Source: Rhodospirillales bacterium (lineage in GTDB: Bacteria; Acidobacteriota; Terriglobia; Bryobacterales; Bryobacteraceae). Taken from it: 64,000 bases of DNA. Location of the stretch: assembly GCA_050261015.1 (NCBI GenBank), contig JBLNCW010000003.1:12295-76294 (forward strand). Direction: 5' to 3'. How positions within the stretch are numbered: the stretch's first letter is position 1; the number at the start of each line of letters is the position of its first letter. The notes under the pieces were generated by a model, which was not told where the DNA came from, made no database searches, and saw nothing but the letters and a program-made list of their open reading frames with translations. Made by a program: the position numbers and the translations under genes. Below, piece after piece: positions 34,881 through 44,408 of the stretch.

Positions 34881-37244
34881 TCATCTGTATAGCAGGTATT
34901 GACCCCGCAGCTTGAGGAAATCGCGCAGAGTTTCCTCCATGTCCTGCTGAATTTCCAGGGGGTCGCCTCCCGCCAGAATCCTTTTCACAACCTGCCGGGA
35001 CCCGATCAGCCGGGCGCAGTCCTCAAAGGCGATCCGGCCGGGATACAGTTTCTGAACCGCAGCCGCTATTTCCAGACCCAACCTCGAGCTGTCGAACGCT
35101 TCGCGGTCAGTTACCACGAAACGCACGCCGTCAATCAACCGCCCCGCGAAATTCGACGACGAGGGCCGAAAACGCGTCGGGTAAACGCGAATTCCCGGTA
35201 TAAAACGCGAATTGAGGTACGCTGCAAGTTCGGCGCCGCGGATCCAATCGGCGCCAATCTGCTCGAACGGCGCATCGGTGCCCCGCCCCACCGAGTAGTT
35301 TCTCGCGTATTCAAGCATCGCCACTCCGGGATAGAGCAGCGCCGCATTGAGGCTGCGCATATTCGGCGACGGGTCGACCCAGGTGAGGCCGGTCGAGTCG
35401 AACCAGTCGCCGCGCTGCCAGTTGCGCATCGGGACCACCTGGAGATCAGCCTGTAACCTGTTCTCGCCGTTGAACATGCGAGCCAGTTCGCCAATGGTCA
35501 TACCGTGCCGGAGCGGCAAGCCCGTCAGGTAGCCGATAAACGATCTCAGGTCCGCTTCGAGCAGCGGACCCTCGACGTGGACGCCGGTGATCGGGTTGGG
35601 TCTGTCGAGCACGAAGTACGGGATGCGTCGTTCGGCGGCAGCCTCCATTGCGTAGGCCATTGTGGTCGTATAGGTGTAAAAGCGGGCGCCGATGTCCTGA
35701 ATGTCGAAGACAAGCGCGTCGATATCGCGCAGCATTTCCGCCGTGGGCCGCCGGGTTTTGGACGAGTAGAGGCTCCAGACCGGGATGCCGGTGGCGGGGT
35801 CCTTGGCGTTATCGACGTTTTCGCGGTCTTCCTGTCCAGCAATGCCGTGTTCCGGGGAAAAGAGCGCGGTGACACGGACGCCGGCCTCGACCATGCGGTC
35901 GATATTGCGTTTCCCTTCGCGATCCAGGCCGGTGTGGTTCGTTATCAGCCCCACGCGGCGGCCGGCAAGCTGCGCGAATCCGTCCTGCGCCATGGAGTCG
36001 AACCCGGTGAGGACCTCCGCGTTGCGCGCCACGGTGCGGCGGACGCCCGCGCCCACCAGCGCTTCGTTGTAGCCGGTGATAACCACACCGGGCTCGGCAA
36101 CACCCAGCGCCGCGGCAACCACGGTTCCCACCCGGCAGCGTAGCGAAGTGATGGCCGGACGGACCCGCGGGTGCACCGAGTTTGCCAGCAAAATGACGTA
36201 GCTTTGCGAAACCGGATCGATCCAAAGGGACGTGCCGGTGAAGCCGGTGTGCCCGTAGGAGCCTATCGGGAACAGTTCGCCGCGGTTTCCGGAGTAGGGG
36301 GAATCGATATCCCAACCCAGCCCGCGCAGGATCGGCTGGCCGGGCGGCGATTGCGGGGTGGTGAACTTCCGCAAGGTAGCCGCGCTGAAGACGCGCACTC
36401 CCCGGTAGGTCCCACAGCCGAGCATCATTTCGGCGAAGCGTACAAGGTCGGCCGCGGTGCTGAACAGGCCGGCGTGGCCCGCGACGCCTCCCATGTACCG
36501 GGTGGTGGTGTCGTGCACGATCCCGCGCAGCGGCCTGCCGTTCACGATCTCGGTGGGCGCGATGCGTTGCCTGAGCGATGCCGGCGGCTGGAACATCGAC
36601 GTATTCATTCCGAGCGGCCTGAAAATGCGCTCCTGCACGTACCGCGGCAGGTCCACCCCGCTCACCTTGCGGACGATCTCGCCGAGCAGGATGAAATTGA
36701 TGTCGCTGTAAACAAAGCGCGCTCCCGGAGGCGCGAAGGACACTTCGGCCATCGCCTTCTTGATCCCGGTCTCATATCCGCTCCAGGCGGGGACGAGGTC
36801 GAGGTCCGGGCGCAAGCCGGAAAAATGCGTGAGCAGGCTTCGCACGGTGATGTCGCTCTTGCCGCCCTGGAACTCGGGCAGGTATTTCGTCACCGGATCG
36901 TTCAGCCGCAGCCTGCCGTGTTCGAACAGGTGCATGATCGCCGAAGTGGTGGCCACGACCTTGGTGAGCGAGGCGACGTCGAAAATCGTGTCGAGGGTCA
37001 TGGGTTCCCGGCGCGGCACGAGGGCGCGGCAGCCGTAGGCCTTCCGGTACACGATAGCGCCGCGGCGCCCCACCACGAGCACCGCTCCCGGAATCTGGTC
37101 TTCTTTGATCGCCTGGGTGATGATGGCGTCCAGGTCGGCCGCGCCCCGAAAAACGGGCGCGCGCGCCGGGGCGGGTGCAGCGGCGCGCGAAGCGGCCGGG
37201 GACACGCCTAGAGCGGTTACCAGGGAACGGCGGGAGATCCTCAT
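34881..37244 (-). CDS. fusion protein: serine hydrolase (beta-lactamase/PBP-like) + DUF1343 (NamZ-like exo-beta-N-acetylmuramidase)
   Basis: Tat/Sec-like N-terminus RRSLVTALGVSPAASRAAA. The beta-lactamase motifs are SLTK (SxxK), YSD and HTGFTG. The C-terminal half GLITNHTGLDREGKRNIDRM...FSPEHG...FDIQDIGARFYTY is typical of DUF1343. Confidence 0.8.
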   Translation of the reverse strand: MRISRRSLVTALGVSPAASRAAAPAPARAPVFRGAADLDAIITQAIKEDQIPGAVLVVGRRGAIVYRKAYGCRALVPRREPMTLDTIFDVASLTKVVATTSAIMHLFEHGRLRLNDPVTKYLPEFQGGKSDITVRSLLTHFSGLRPDLDLVPAWSGYETGIKKAMAEVSFAPPGARFVYSDINFILLGEIVRKVSGVDLPRYVQERIFRPLGMNTSMFQPPASLRQRIAPTEIVNGRPLRGIVHDTTTRYMGGVAGHAGLFSTAADLVRFAEMMLGCGTYRGVRVFSAATLRKFTTPQSPPGQPILRGLGWDIDSPYSGNRGELFPIGSYGHTGFTGTSLWIDPVSQSYVILLANSVHPRVRPAITSLRCRVGTVVAAALGVAEPGVVITGYNEALVGAGVRRTVARNAEVLTGFDSMAQDGFAQLAGRRVGLITNHTGLDREGKRNIDRMVEAGVRVTALFSPEHGIAGQEDRENVDNAKDPATGIPVWSLYSSKTRRPTAEMLRDIDALVFDIQDIGARFYTYTTTMAYAMEAAAERRIPYFVLDRPNPITGVHVEGPLLEADLRSFIGYLTGLPLRHGMTIGELARMFNGENRLQADLQVVPMRNWQRGDWFDSTGLTWVDPSPNMRSLNAALLYPGVAMLEYARNYSVGRGTDAPFEQIGADWIRGAELAAYLNSRFIPGIRVYPTRFRPSSSNFAGRLIDGVRFVVTDREAFDSSRLGLEIAAAVQKLYPGRIAFEDCARLIGSRQVVKRILAGGDPLEIQQDMEETLRDFLKLRGQYLLYR

Positions 37245-37537
37245 AGCAGAGTCCGCGCGGCCTCCTCAAGCACTTCAGCCAACCGGACATCCCTCGCCGT
37301 CACGCCTCCGGAGTCGTGCGTGGTGAGGTCCACCGTAACCCGGTTGTAAACATTCGACCATTCCGGGTGGTGGTCCATGGCCTCGATCTTCAGGGCCGAG
37401 ATGATCATGAACCCGATGGCGCGCGCGAAATCCGCGAACTGGTACTCACGATGCAGCTTGTCATTTTTGAGCGTCCAGCCCGGCAGTTTTCCCAGAGCCG
37501 CCTGAATCTCCTGCGGGGTCAGCTTCGGAGAAGGCAT
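37241..37537 (-). CDS. phhB: 4a-hydroxytetrahydrobiopterin dehydratase (PCD/DCoH)
   Basis: 98 aa. It contains LPGWTL.....L.REYQF.DF..A.GF and DHHPEW.NVYNRV.V.L.TH. The stop overlaps the next gene's start (ATGA-type 4-nt overlap). Confidence 0.85.
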   Translation of the reverse strand: MPSPKLTPQEIQAALGKLPGWTLKNDKLHREYQFADFARAIGFMIISALKIEAMDHHPEWSNVYNRVTVDLTTHDSGGVTARDVRLAEVLEEAARTLL

Positions 37538-37600
37538 AGCTCTATCTTATCCCGAGTTCTCGGCGTGCCTGCGAATGCGCGGCCTATAGGACGCAGTGGA

Positions 37601-38578
37601 TTAAAATTTCAGCGCGAGTGCGTATGCCTTATCGAAGAGTTCCGGCGAGAGCGCGATATCGAGCCTCACCGTGCGTCCCCGCGGCTCCAACCGGATCGCG
37701 TTGCAGACTTCCTGCAGTACCGGATCCGAAGCACTCACGCGCGCCAGCCCGATCAACCCGCTGATTCCGCCGGCGAGCGAACGCGCATCCTCTTCCGTTC
37801 GCGCCTCTCCCTGAACGAACGCCTTGAGCCCGTTCCGCAGGTCGGCTCCGGCGGTTGCGCTCTCCAGCGTGGAAAATACCCTGACAAGATTTGCGAGGTT
37901 GCCACTCCGCGGGGCGGCCTTGGCCAGTGAGGCGAATTCACCGGCGGCGGCGAGCCAGATCTGGTTGTCCGCGGGAATCGATAGCGCCGCCTGCCACAAC
38001 GCCTCCGGGGGGCCCTGGGACCGGCCGCGCTGGTCGATGATGAACTTCACCGCCTCAGGCCGCCCCGCCACAACCAGTGTCGAGTTGAGAAACGTGAATG
38101 CGCTCTCCTCGTTGCCGATCAGCGTGTGCTCCTTGTAGGGAGTGCGCACCATGCCCGGCCGCTGGATATTGGGCTCCAGGCCCTGCTCGGCGAAGCGCCC
38201 GCGCGCCAGCAACGCGCTATGCACGCCGTCTGAAACGAAGAGGGCCTGCCAGAGATCCTTGCGCGCGTTTAGCCCGGTCCGGTTCTCGAAATCGTCCAGC
38301 AGCGGCAGAGAGGCTTTTTCGAACCACGGCGTCTTCCGCAGGGCGTCCATGTTGATCCCCGCCAGCAGAACCGCGTCGTGGGGCACGAGCAGCCTCAGCG
38401 CGGGGTCGACTCGCACGCCGCCGCTCCGCGCGGGCCCGCAGCCCAGCATCGCGGCGCAGACGAGCAGGCAAAGCCCGCGTATCAGGAGAATTCTGATCGG
38501 GCTACTCCTTTCTGAGGCTGACTTCTTTGAAATAGACGACGGAGCGGGGGTCGTGGTTTTGAAGACCGAAATAGCCAA
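37601..38578 (-). CDS. hypothetical (lipo)protein; start uncertain
   Basis: The lipobox-like segment LLIRGLCLLVCAAMLGCGP lies upstream of the only nearby ATG (38449). The nearest canonical upstream start is TTG 38578, which overlaps the DUF1080 gene by 77 nt. I recognise no family. Confidence 0.45.
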   Translation of the reverse strand: MAISVFKTTTPAPSSISKKSASERSSPIRILLIRGLCLLVCAAMLGCGPARSGGVRVDPALRLLVPHDAVLLAGINMDALRKTPWFEKASLPLLDDFENRTGLNARKDLWQALFVSDGVHSALLARGRFAEQGLEPNIQRPGMVRTPYKEHTLIGNEESAFTFLNSTLVVAGRPEAVKFIIDQRGRSQGPPEALWQAALSIPADNQIWLAAAGEFASLAKAAPRSGNLANLVRVFSTLESATAGADLRNGLKAFVQGEARTEEDARSLAGGISGLIGLARVSASDPVLQEVCNAIRLEPRGRTVRLDIALSPELFDKAYALALKF

Positions 38579-39122
38579 AATCGGGACGCGGCCCGCGCAC
38601 CGGCTCATACCACAGCTTGCGCGGCGGAACATCCTGCCCGCCCGAGAACTCGTTGACCTTCTCACCGTTCAGGTAGACAGTGGTCAATTGCCCCTTGAGC
38701 ACGATATCCATCGTATTCCACTCGCCCATGGGTTTCTGGTTCCGCTTGAGGGTCTTGCTGAGCGAGTAGATGGCCCCGGTGCAGTGCCACTCGTCGCCGC
38801 TGGCGTCGATCTGCACCTCGTAGCCGTTGTGGACGGCATACCAAGGGTCCCTGGGCTCTTCGGGGAGCCGGATGAAGACTCCGGAGTTGGCGCTGCGCGA
38901 GGCGGTCTTGAACACCACGCGGAGAGTCGCGTTGCCGATTTTCTCTCCGGTGTAATAGAGCAGCCCCATGCCGCCTTCGGTCTTCATTAGGCCGTCCTCG
39001 ATAACGAAGCGCCCGGGGCCTACCATCTTCCAGCCGCTCAGATCCTTGCCATTGAACAATTGCTTCCATTCAGCCGCTGAACACAGGCTTGAGAGAAGGA
39101 AAACCAAAACCGCCGCTTTCAT
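38502..39122 (-). CDS. DUF1080 (3-keto-disaccharide hydrolase-like) secreted protein
   Basis: Signal peptide MKAAVLVFLLSSLCSA, followed by WKQLFNGKDLSGWKMVG...F.IEDG....., SG.FIR, YE.QI.D and GLQNH. This is the classic DUF1080 pattern. Confidence 0.8.
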   Translation of the reverse strand: MKAAVLVFLLSSLCSAAEWKQLFNGKDLSGWKMVGPGRFVIEDGLMKTEGGMGLLYYTGEKIGNATLRVVFKTASRSANSGVFIRLPEEPRDPWYAVHNGYEVQIDASGDEWHCTGAIYSLSKTLKRNQKPMGEWNTMDIVLKGQLTTVYLNGEKVNEFSGGQDVPPRKLWYEPVRGPRPDFGYFGLQNHDPRSVVYFKEVSLRKE

Positions 39123-39237
39123 ACTGTTCTGATTTTACGCCAAGGGACGCGATTCGCCGGCGCCCGCGGGCCGGAAATCCAGCATAGGTGGCCTGGATCT
39201 CCTGATAAAATAATCGCTTTCACCTCTGGAGGTTTCT

Positions 39238-42200
39238 GTGGTCGTCAGATTGCTGGCGCTGTGCGCCCTGTCTATTCTTCCCCTTTTCGCGCAGACGAAG
39301 CTCCTGCGCTTCCCCGATATCCACGGGGATAAGGTCGTGTTCACTTACGGCGGTGATCTCTGGACTGCTCCCGCCTCCGGCGGTACGGCGACGCGGCTCA
39401 CCGCGCACCCCGGGATCGAACTGTTTGCGAAGTTCTCTCCCGACGGCAAATGGATCGCTTTCACCGGCCAGTACGACGGCGACGAGCAGGTCTACGTGAT
39501 CCCGTCCACCGGCGGCGAGCCGCGCCAGCTCACGTATTATCCGGCGCGCGGCCCGCTGGCCCCGCGCTGGGGCTACGATAATCAGGTCTACGGCTGGACG
39601 AACGACGGCAAGCGCATCGTGTTCCGCTCGCATCGCGACTCTCGCACGCTTCCCATAAGCAGGCTCTACACGGTCGCGCTGGAGGGCGGCCCCGCCGAGC
39701 CGCTCCCCATGCCCGAATCGGGGGCGGGCGCCTACTCGCCCGGGGGCAACAAAATGGTCTACTCGCCGCGTTCCCGCGACTTCCGCTCAGAGAAGCGCTA
39801 CAGCGGCGGCCAGGCAAACAGCCTGTACATCTTCGATCTCGAAACCTACGAGGCGAAGCTGATCACCGACGGGCCGCGCGCCAGCCGCGATCCCATGTGG
39901 ATCGGCCAGACCATTTTCTACAACTCGGACCGCGACGGCCATTTCAACCTCTACGCCTACGATGTCAACAGCGGCAAGACCAGCCAGGTGACGTTCAACA
40001 AAGTCTGGGACGTCCGCTGGCCCAGCACCGACCGCACGAGCCGCATCGTGTATGAGCTGAACGGCGAGTTGCAAATACTCGACGTGAAGTCGCGCAAGAG
40101 CAGGCCGATTTCGATTCTGGTGCCGGACGACGGGCTGGCGCGGCGCCCGAGCCGTGTCTCGGCCGCCAACCTGATCGAGAACTTCGGGCTCAGCCCGAAG
40201 GGCGAGCGCGTGCTGTTCGCGGCCCGGGGCGACATCTTCACCGCGCCCATCGAAAAAGGCCCGACGCGCAATTTGACCCGCACTTCCGGGGCGCACGACA
40301 AATGGCCGTCCTGGTCGCCCGACGGCTCCACCATCGCCTTCCTGTCGGACCGCAGCGGCGAAGAGGAGATCTGGCTGGTTGCGCAGGACGGCTCGAAACC
40401 GCCGGAGCAGATTACCAGCGGCGGCAAGGCGATGCGGTACTCGCCGGAATGGTCGCCGGACGGCAAGCGGATCGCCTTCAGCGACAAAGATGGCGGCGTG
40501 TACGTTCTGACCCTGGCGGACCGCAAGATCACGGAGGTGGCGCCGTCCCGCACGGGCGCGGTGCGGGATTTCGTATGGTCGCCGCGCGGCAATCATCTGG
40601 CCTTCAGCATGGCCGGTTCGAACAACTTCTCCTCGATTTATATCTGGAGCGCGGGGGACGGCAAGCTGCGCCGCATCACGGAAGAATACTTCGACGCCGA
40701 CACTCCGGCCTGGGACCCCGAGGGCAACTACCTCTACTATCTCGGAATGCATGAGTTCGCACCCGCGATCTCCGCCGTCGAGTTCAACTTCGCCACCACG
40801 CGCAGCCGGGGCATCTTCGCGCTGGCGCTGCGCAAGGACGTGAAGCCGCCCTTCGCCCCGGAGAGCGACGAAGTCACCATCACCAAGGAAGAAGAGAAGC
40901 CCGCCGCCGAAAAGGCTAAGGAGAAGGAATCAAAGCCGCCCGCCGATCTGGTCATCGATTTCGACGGCCTGGCGGCACGAGTGGCGCGCGTCCCGGTGCA
41001 GGCGGACAACTACTCGGGCCTGAAAGCCAAGAAGGATTACCTGATCTACAGGGTTCAAGGAAATTTTTACTACGGCCGCGATTCGGAGCGCCCGCCTGCG
41101 CTTCGCATTTACTCTCTGAAGGAACGCAAGGAGACGAACCTGCTGGACGACGTTCGCGGCTTCACGCTCTCCCAAGACGGCGCGAAAATTCTTGCGGCGC
41201 AGGGCCAAAACTGGTTCGTGATGGATGCCACGCCAGCGGGCGCAGCAGGCAAGAAAGCCGTCTCGACCGCGGGCCTGATGGTGGACCGCGTCCCCGCCGA
41301 GGAATGGCGGCAAATTTTCGACGAGGTGTGGCGGCGCTACCGCGATTTCTTCTACGTGAAGAACATGCACGGCTATGACTGGGAGAAAATCCGGGAGCAG
41401 TACCGCCCGCTGCTGGACCACGTCGCGCACCGGTCGGATCTCAACTACGTCATCAGCGAGATGATTTCCGAACTCACCGTGCAGCACGCCTATATCGACG
41501 GCGGCGATTTCCAGATCCCGCCGCGGCCGAAGGTCGCCCTGCCCGGGGCGCGGTTCGAACTCGATAAGGCATCCAACCGCTACCGGATTTCAAAGATCTT
41601 CGAGGGCCAGAACGAGGAAGAAATCTACCGTTCTCCGCTGACGGAAATCGGCGTGGACGTGAAGGTGGGAGATTACGTGCTGGCCATCAATGGCGAGGAA
41701 CTCACGGGGAAGGACGACCCCTACCGCCTCCTCCGCCATGCCGCCGATCACCCCGTTCGCCTCACGGTCAACTCGAAACCGGATACCAACGGCGCGCGCA
41801 CTGTCAGCTACCGCCCGATCACCGATGAGAGCAACTTGATTTACCTGGATTGGGTGAACCGCAACCGCCGGATGGTAACCGAACTCTCCGGGGGCCGCAT
41901 CGGGTACCTGCACGTCCCCGACATGGGCGCGGCCGGGATCCGCGAGTTCATCAAGTGGTACTACCCGCAGATCCGCAAGGAAGGCCTGATCGTGGACGTG
42001 CGGGCTAACGGCGGCGGCAACGTTTCGCGCATGCTGATCGAGCGGCTGCGCCGCAAGCTGCTCGCCGTCGGCTTCTCGCGCACGGTGGAGGATCCCTCCA
42101 CCTACCCGGACGGCGTGTTCGTGGGCCCGATGGCCGCATTGCTGGACGAAAACTCCGCCTCGGACGGCGACATTTTCCCGGCCATGTTCCGCCAGGCGGG

Positions 42201-42501
42201 GCTCGGGCCGCTGATCGGGAAGCGTTCGTGGGGCGGCGTGATCGGCATCACCAACCGCGGCCAGTTGATTGACGGAGGCACGGTCAACGTCCCCGAGTTC
42301 GGCTTCGCCAGCACGAAGGGCGAATGGGTCATCGAAGGACACGGCGTGGATCCGGATATCGAGGTGGAGAACGACCCCAAGTCCGTGATTGAGGGCCGCG
42401 ACCCGCAACTGGAAAGGGCCGTAGCCGAGGTCATGAAGAAGCTGAAGGAGTCGCCGGTGAAGCTGCCGGCGCGGCCGCCCGACCCGGTGAAGCTGAAGTA
42501 G
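39238..42501 (+). CDS. tricorn-like protease (beta-propeller + PDZ + S41 peptidase)
   Basis: 1087 aa with GGAGG upstream of a GTG start. LRFPDIHGDKVVFTYGGDLWT is the tricorn N-terminus. Repeated SPDG..IAF motifs indicate WD40-like/TolB-like propeller blades. The C-terminal S41 block is LIVDVRANGGGNVS. Confidence 0.85.
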   Translation: MVVRLLALCALSILPLFAQTKLLRFPDIHGDKVVFTYGGDLWTAPASGGTATRLTAHPGIELFAKFSPDGKWIAFTGQYDGDEQVYVIPSTGGEPRQLTYYPARGPLAPRWGYDNQVYGWTNDGKRIVFRSHRDSRTLPISRLYTVALEGGPAEPLPMPESGAGAYSPGGNKMVYSPRSRDFRSEKRYSGGQANSLYIFDLETYEAKLITDGPRASRDPMWIGQTIFYNSDRDGHFNLYAYDVNSGKTSQVTFNKVWDVRWPSTDRTSRIVYELNGELQILDVKSRKSRPISILVPDDGLARRPSRVSAANLIENFGLSPKGERVLFAARGDIFTAPIEKGPTRNLTRTSGAHDKWPSWSPDGSTIAFLSDRSGEEEIWLVAQDGSKPPEQITSGGKAMRYSPEWSPDGKRIAFSDKDGGVYVLTLADRKITEVAPSRTGAVRDFVWSPRGNHLAFSMAGSNNFSSIYIWSAGDGKLRRITEEYFDADTPAWDPEGNYLYYLGMHEFAPAISAVEFNFATTRSRGIFALALRKDVKPPFAPESDEVTITKEEEKPAAEKAKEKESKPPADLVIDFDGLAARVARVPVQADNYSGLKAKKDYLIYRVQGNFYYGRDSERPPALRIYSLKERKETNLLDDVRGFTLSQDGAKILAAQGQNWFVMDATPAGAAGKKAVSTAGLMVDRVPAEEWRQIFDEVWRRYRDFFYVKNMHGYDWEKIREQYRPLLDHVAHRSDLNYVISEMISELTVQHAYIDGGDFQIPPRPKVALPGARFELDKASNRYRISKIFEGQNEEEIYRSPLTEIGVDVKVGDYVLAINGEELTGKDDPYRLLRHAADHPVRLTVNSKPDTNGARTVSYRPITDESNLIYLDWVNRNRRMVTELSGGRIGYLHVPDMGAAGIREFIKWYYPQIRKEGLIVDVRANGGGNVSRMLIERLRRKLLAVGFSRTVEDPSTYPDGVFVGPMAALLDENSASDGDIFPAMFRQAGLGPLIGKRSWGGVIGITNRGQLIDGGTVNVPEFGFASTKGEWVIEGHGVDPDIEVENDPKSVIEGRDPQLERAVAEVMKKLKESPVKLPARPPDPVKLK

Positions 42502-42511
42502 CCGGCGGGCT

Positions 42512-43861
42512 TCACTTGCCGATGCAGAAGGTGGAGAAGATGCGGTTGAGGATGTCGTCGGCGGTGGTTGCGCCGGTGATGGCGTCGAGAGCCTGAAGCG
42601 CGGCGTAAAGATCGAGCAGCAGCATTTCGTGCGGGATACGCTGCCCGACAGCGGCGCGGGCCTTTTCGAGCGCGGCCAGCGCGTCCCTGAGCAGCCGTTC
42701 GTGGCGCAGGCTGGTGATGAATCCCGCCTCGCAGTTCAAGCCCGCGGGCACGATGGCTTCGGCGATTGTGCGCCGCAGCTCGGGAATTCCTTCACCGGTC
42801 AGCGCCGAGACAGCGGTGATGTCCTCGGCGATTTCAGCCCGCCGCGGCAGGTCTGACTTGTTGCCGACGAGCAGGCAGCGGCCCTGCCGGCGGGCGCGGT
42901 CCACCAGTTCCAGGTCGGCGGCTTCGACCGGAGAGGAAAGGTCGATCACCACCAGGGTCAGATCCGCATCCGCCATGGCCTGGTAGCTGCGCTCGATGCC
43001 GAGCGCCTCGACGCGATCCTGCCCGGCGCGTATGCCCGCGGTGTCGATGAATTTCACCGGTATGCCGTCGATGGCGGCCACCTCGCTGACCATGTCGCGG
43101 GTGGTCCCCGGAATCTCGGTGACGATCGCGCGCTCCTGCTCGAGCAGGCGGTTAAACAGGCTGCTCTTGCCCACGTTGGGCCGCCCGACGATAGCCAGTG
43201 TGAATCCCGAGTGGACCAGCTTGCCGTAGGCGAAACTCTCGGCGAGAGCGGAGAGCCCTTGCGCGAGCGGGCCGATGCGGCCCAGGATCTCTTCGTCGCT
43301 CGCGACGGTGATGTCGTCTTCGGCGAAGTCGATGCCCGCTTCGAGCAGGGCGATCAGTTCGAGCAACTGCTCCTTGAGAGGAGCGATGCGGCGGGAAACG
43401 GCTCCCCCGGCTTGCTGCGCGGCGATCCGGGCCTGATAGAGCGTGGTGGCCTCGATGAGGTCGCGCACGGCTTCGGCCTGAGGGAGATCGATGCGGCCGT
43501 TCAGGAAGGCACGCAGCGTGAACTCGCCCGGTTGCGCCAGCCGCGCGCCGGCATCGCAGGCCCTCTCCACGGCGTAGCGCAGCACGACGGGCGCGCCGTG
43601 GCAGGAGATCTCCACCACGTCCTCGGCCGTGTAGGAACGGGGCCGCCCGAAGTACGTAACGACGACCTGATCGACGGAGTGGCCCTCCGGGCCGGGAAGC
43701 TCGGCCAGGATGGCGGTCCAGGGTTTCCATTCCGGGGGCTTGGGGAAGCGCAGGATTTGCGAGGCGATGCGGCGGGAATTCTGGCCCGAAAGGCGTACGA
43801 TTCCGAGCCCGCCCCTGCCCGGGGGAGTGGAGACAGCCACAATGGTATCGGAGAGGTTCAC
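42512..43861 (-). CDS. mnmE: tRNA uridine-5-carboxymethylaminomethyl(34) synthesis GTPase
   Basis: The start [23 protein letters not shown]-domain [22 protein letters not shown], and C-terminal FCIGK. Confidence 0.95.
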   Translation of the reverse strand: MNLSDTIVAVSTPPGRGGLGIVRLSGQNSRRIASQILRFPKPPEWKPWTAILAELPGPEGHSVDQVVVTYFGRPRSYTAEDVVEISCHGAPVVLRYAVERACDAGARLAQPGEFTLRAFLNGRIDLPQAEAVRDLIEATTLYQARIAAQQAGGAVSRRIAPLKEQLLELIALLEAGIDFAEDDITVASDEEILGRIGPLAQGLSALAESFAYGKLVHSGFTLAIVGRPNVGKSSLFNRLLEQERAIVTEIPGTTRDMVSEVAAIDGIPVKFIDTAGIRAGQDRVEALGIERSYQAMADADLTLVVIDLSSPVEAADLELVDRARRQGRCLLVGNKSDLPRRAEIAEDITAVSALTGEGIPELRRTIAEAIVPAGLNCEAGFITSLRHERLLRDALAALEKARAAVGQRIPHEMLLLDLYAALQALDAITGATTADDILNRIFSTFCIGK

Positions 43862-43865
43862 CCCG

Positions 43866-44408
43866 CTATCGGCGTCTGCCGCGGCGCGGCGCGGGCCTGG
43901 GGGAAAGAGCCTGGCGGCCGTCGGAGGGAGGCGTGGGCATGTTTGCCGGGTAGATCACCACCTGCCGGTGCGGACCCATGCCCGAGCTCTCGCTGCGCAC
44001 GGCCGTTTCGTTCCTCAACGCCAGGTGAATGATGCGGCGCTCGCGGCTGTTCATCGGGTTGAAGCGGAATGGCATGCCGCTCCGCTTCACGCGCTCGGCC
44101 GCGGTCAGCGCGCTGAGCCGCAGTTCCTCGATGCGGAGCATGCGGTAGTCATTGGCGTCGAAGCAGAGCAGGGAGTGCTCTTCCGGCAGCATCCGCAGCA
44201 CTTCCACGGTGAGCTGCTCGAGCGCCAGCAGCAATTCGGCCTTGTTGGCGAGCAGCAGCTCTACATCCGGCCCGGAAAATTTCACCACCACTTCCGGGTT
44301 CTCAAAATCGGGATGCCGCGTCTCCCCGCGGCAGAGCTGGAACGACAGGTCGAAGCCGGCGTTCCCAATCACCCGATTCAAGAATTCGCAGATGCGCTGC
44401 TCGTTCAC
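43866..44408 (-). CDS. jag: Jag/KhpB-like RNA-binding protein (KH + R3H)
   Basis: The GTG start forms a GTGA overlap with the yidC stop. The C-terminal R3H-like block is [35 protein letters not shown]. It occupies the conserved position between yidC and mnmE. Confidence 0.75.
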   Translation of the reverse strand: MNEQRICEFLNRVIGNAGFDLSFQLCRGETRHPDFENPEVVVKFSGPDVELLLANKAELLLALEQLTVEVLRMLPEEHSLLCFDANDYRMLRIEELRLSALTAAERVKRSGMPFRFNPMNSRERRIIHLALRNETAVRSESSGMGPHRQVVIYPANMPTPPSDGRQALSPRPAPRRGRRR

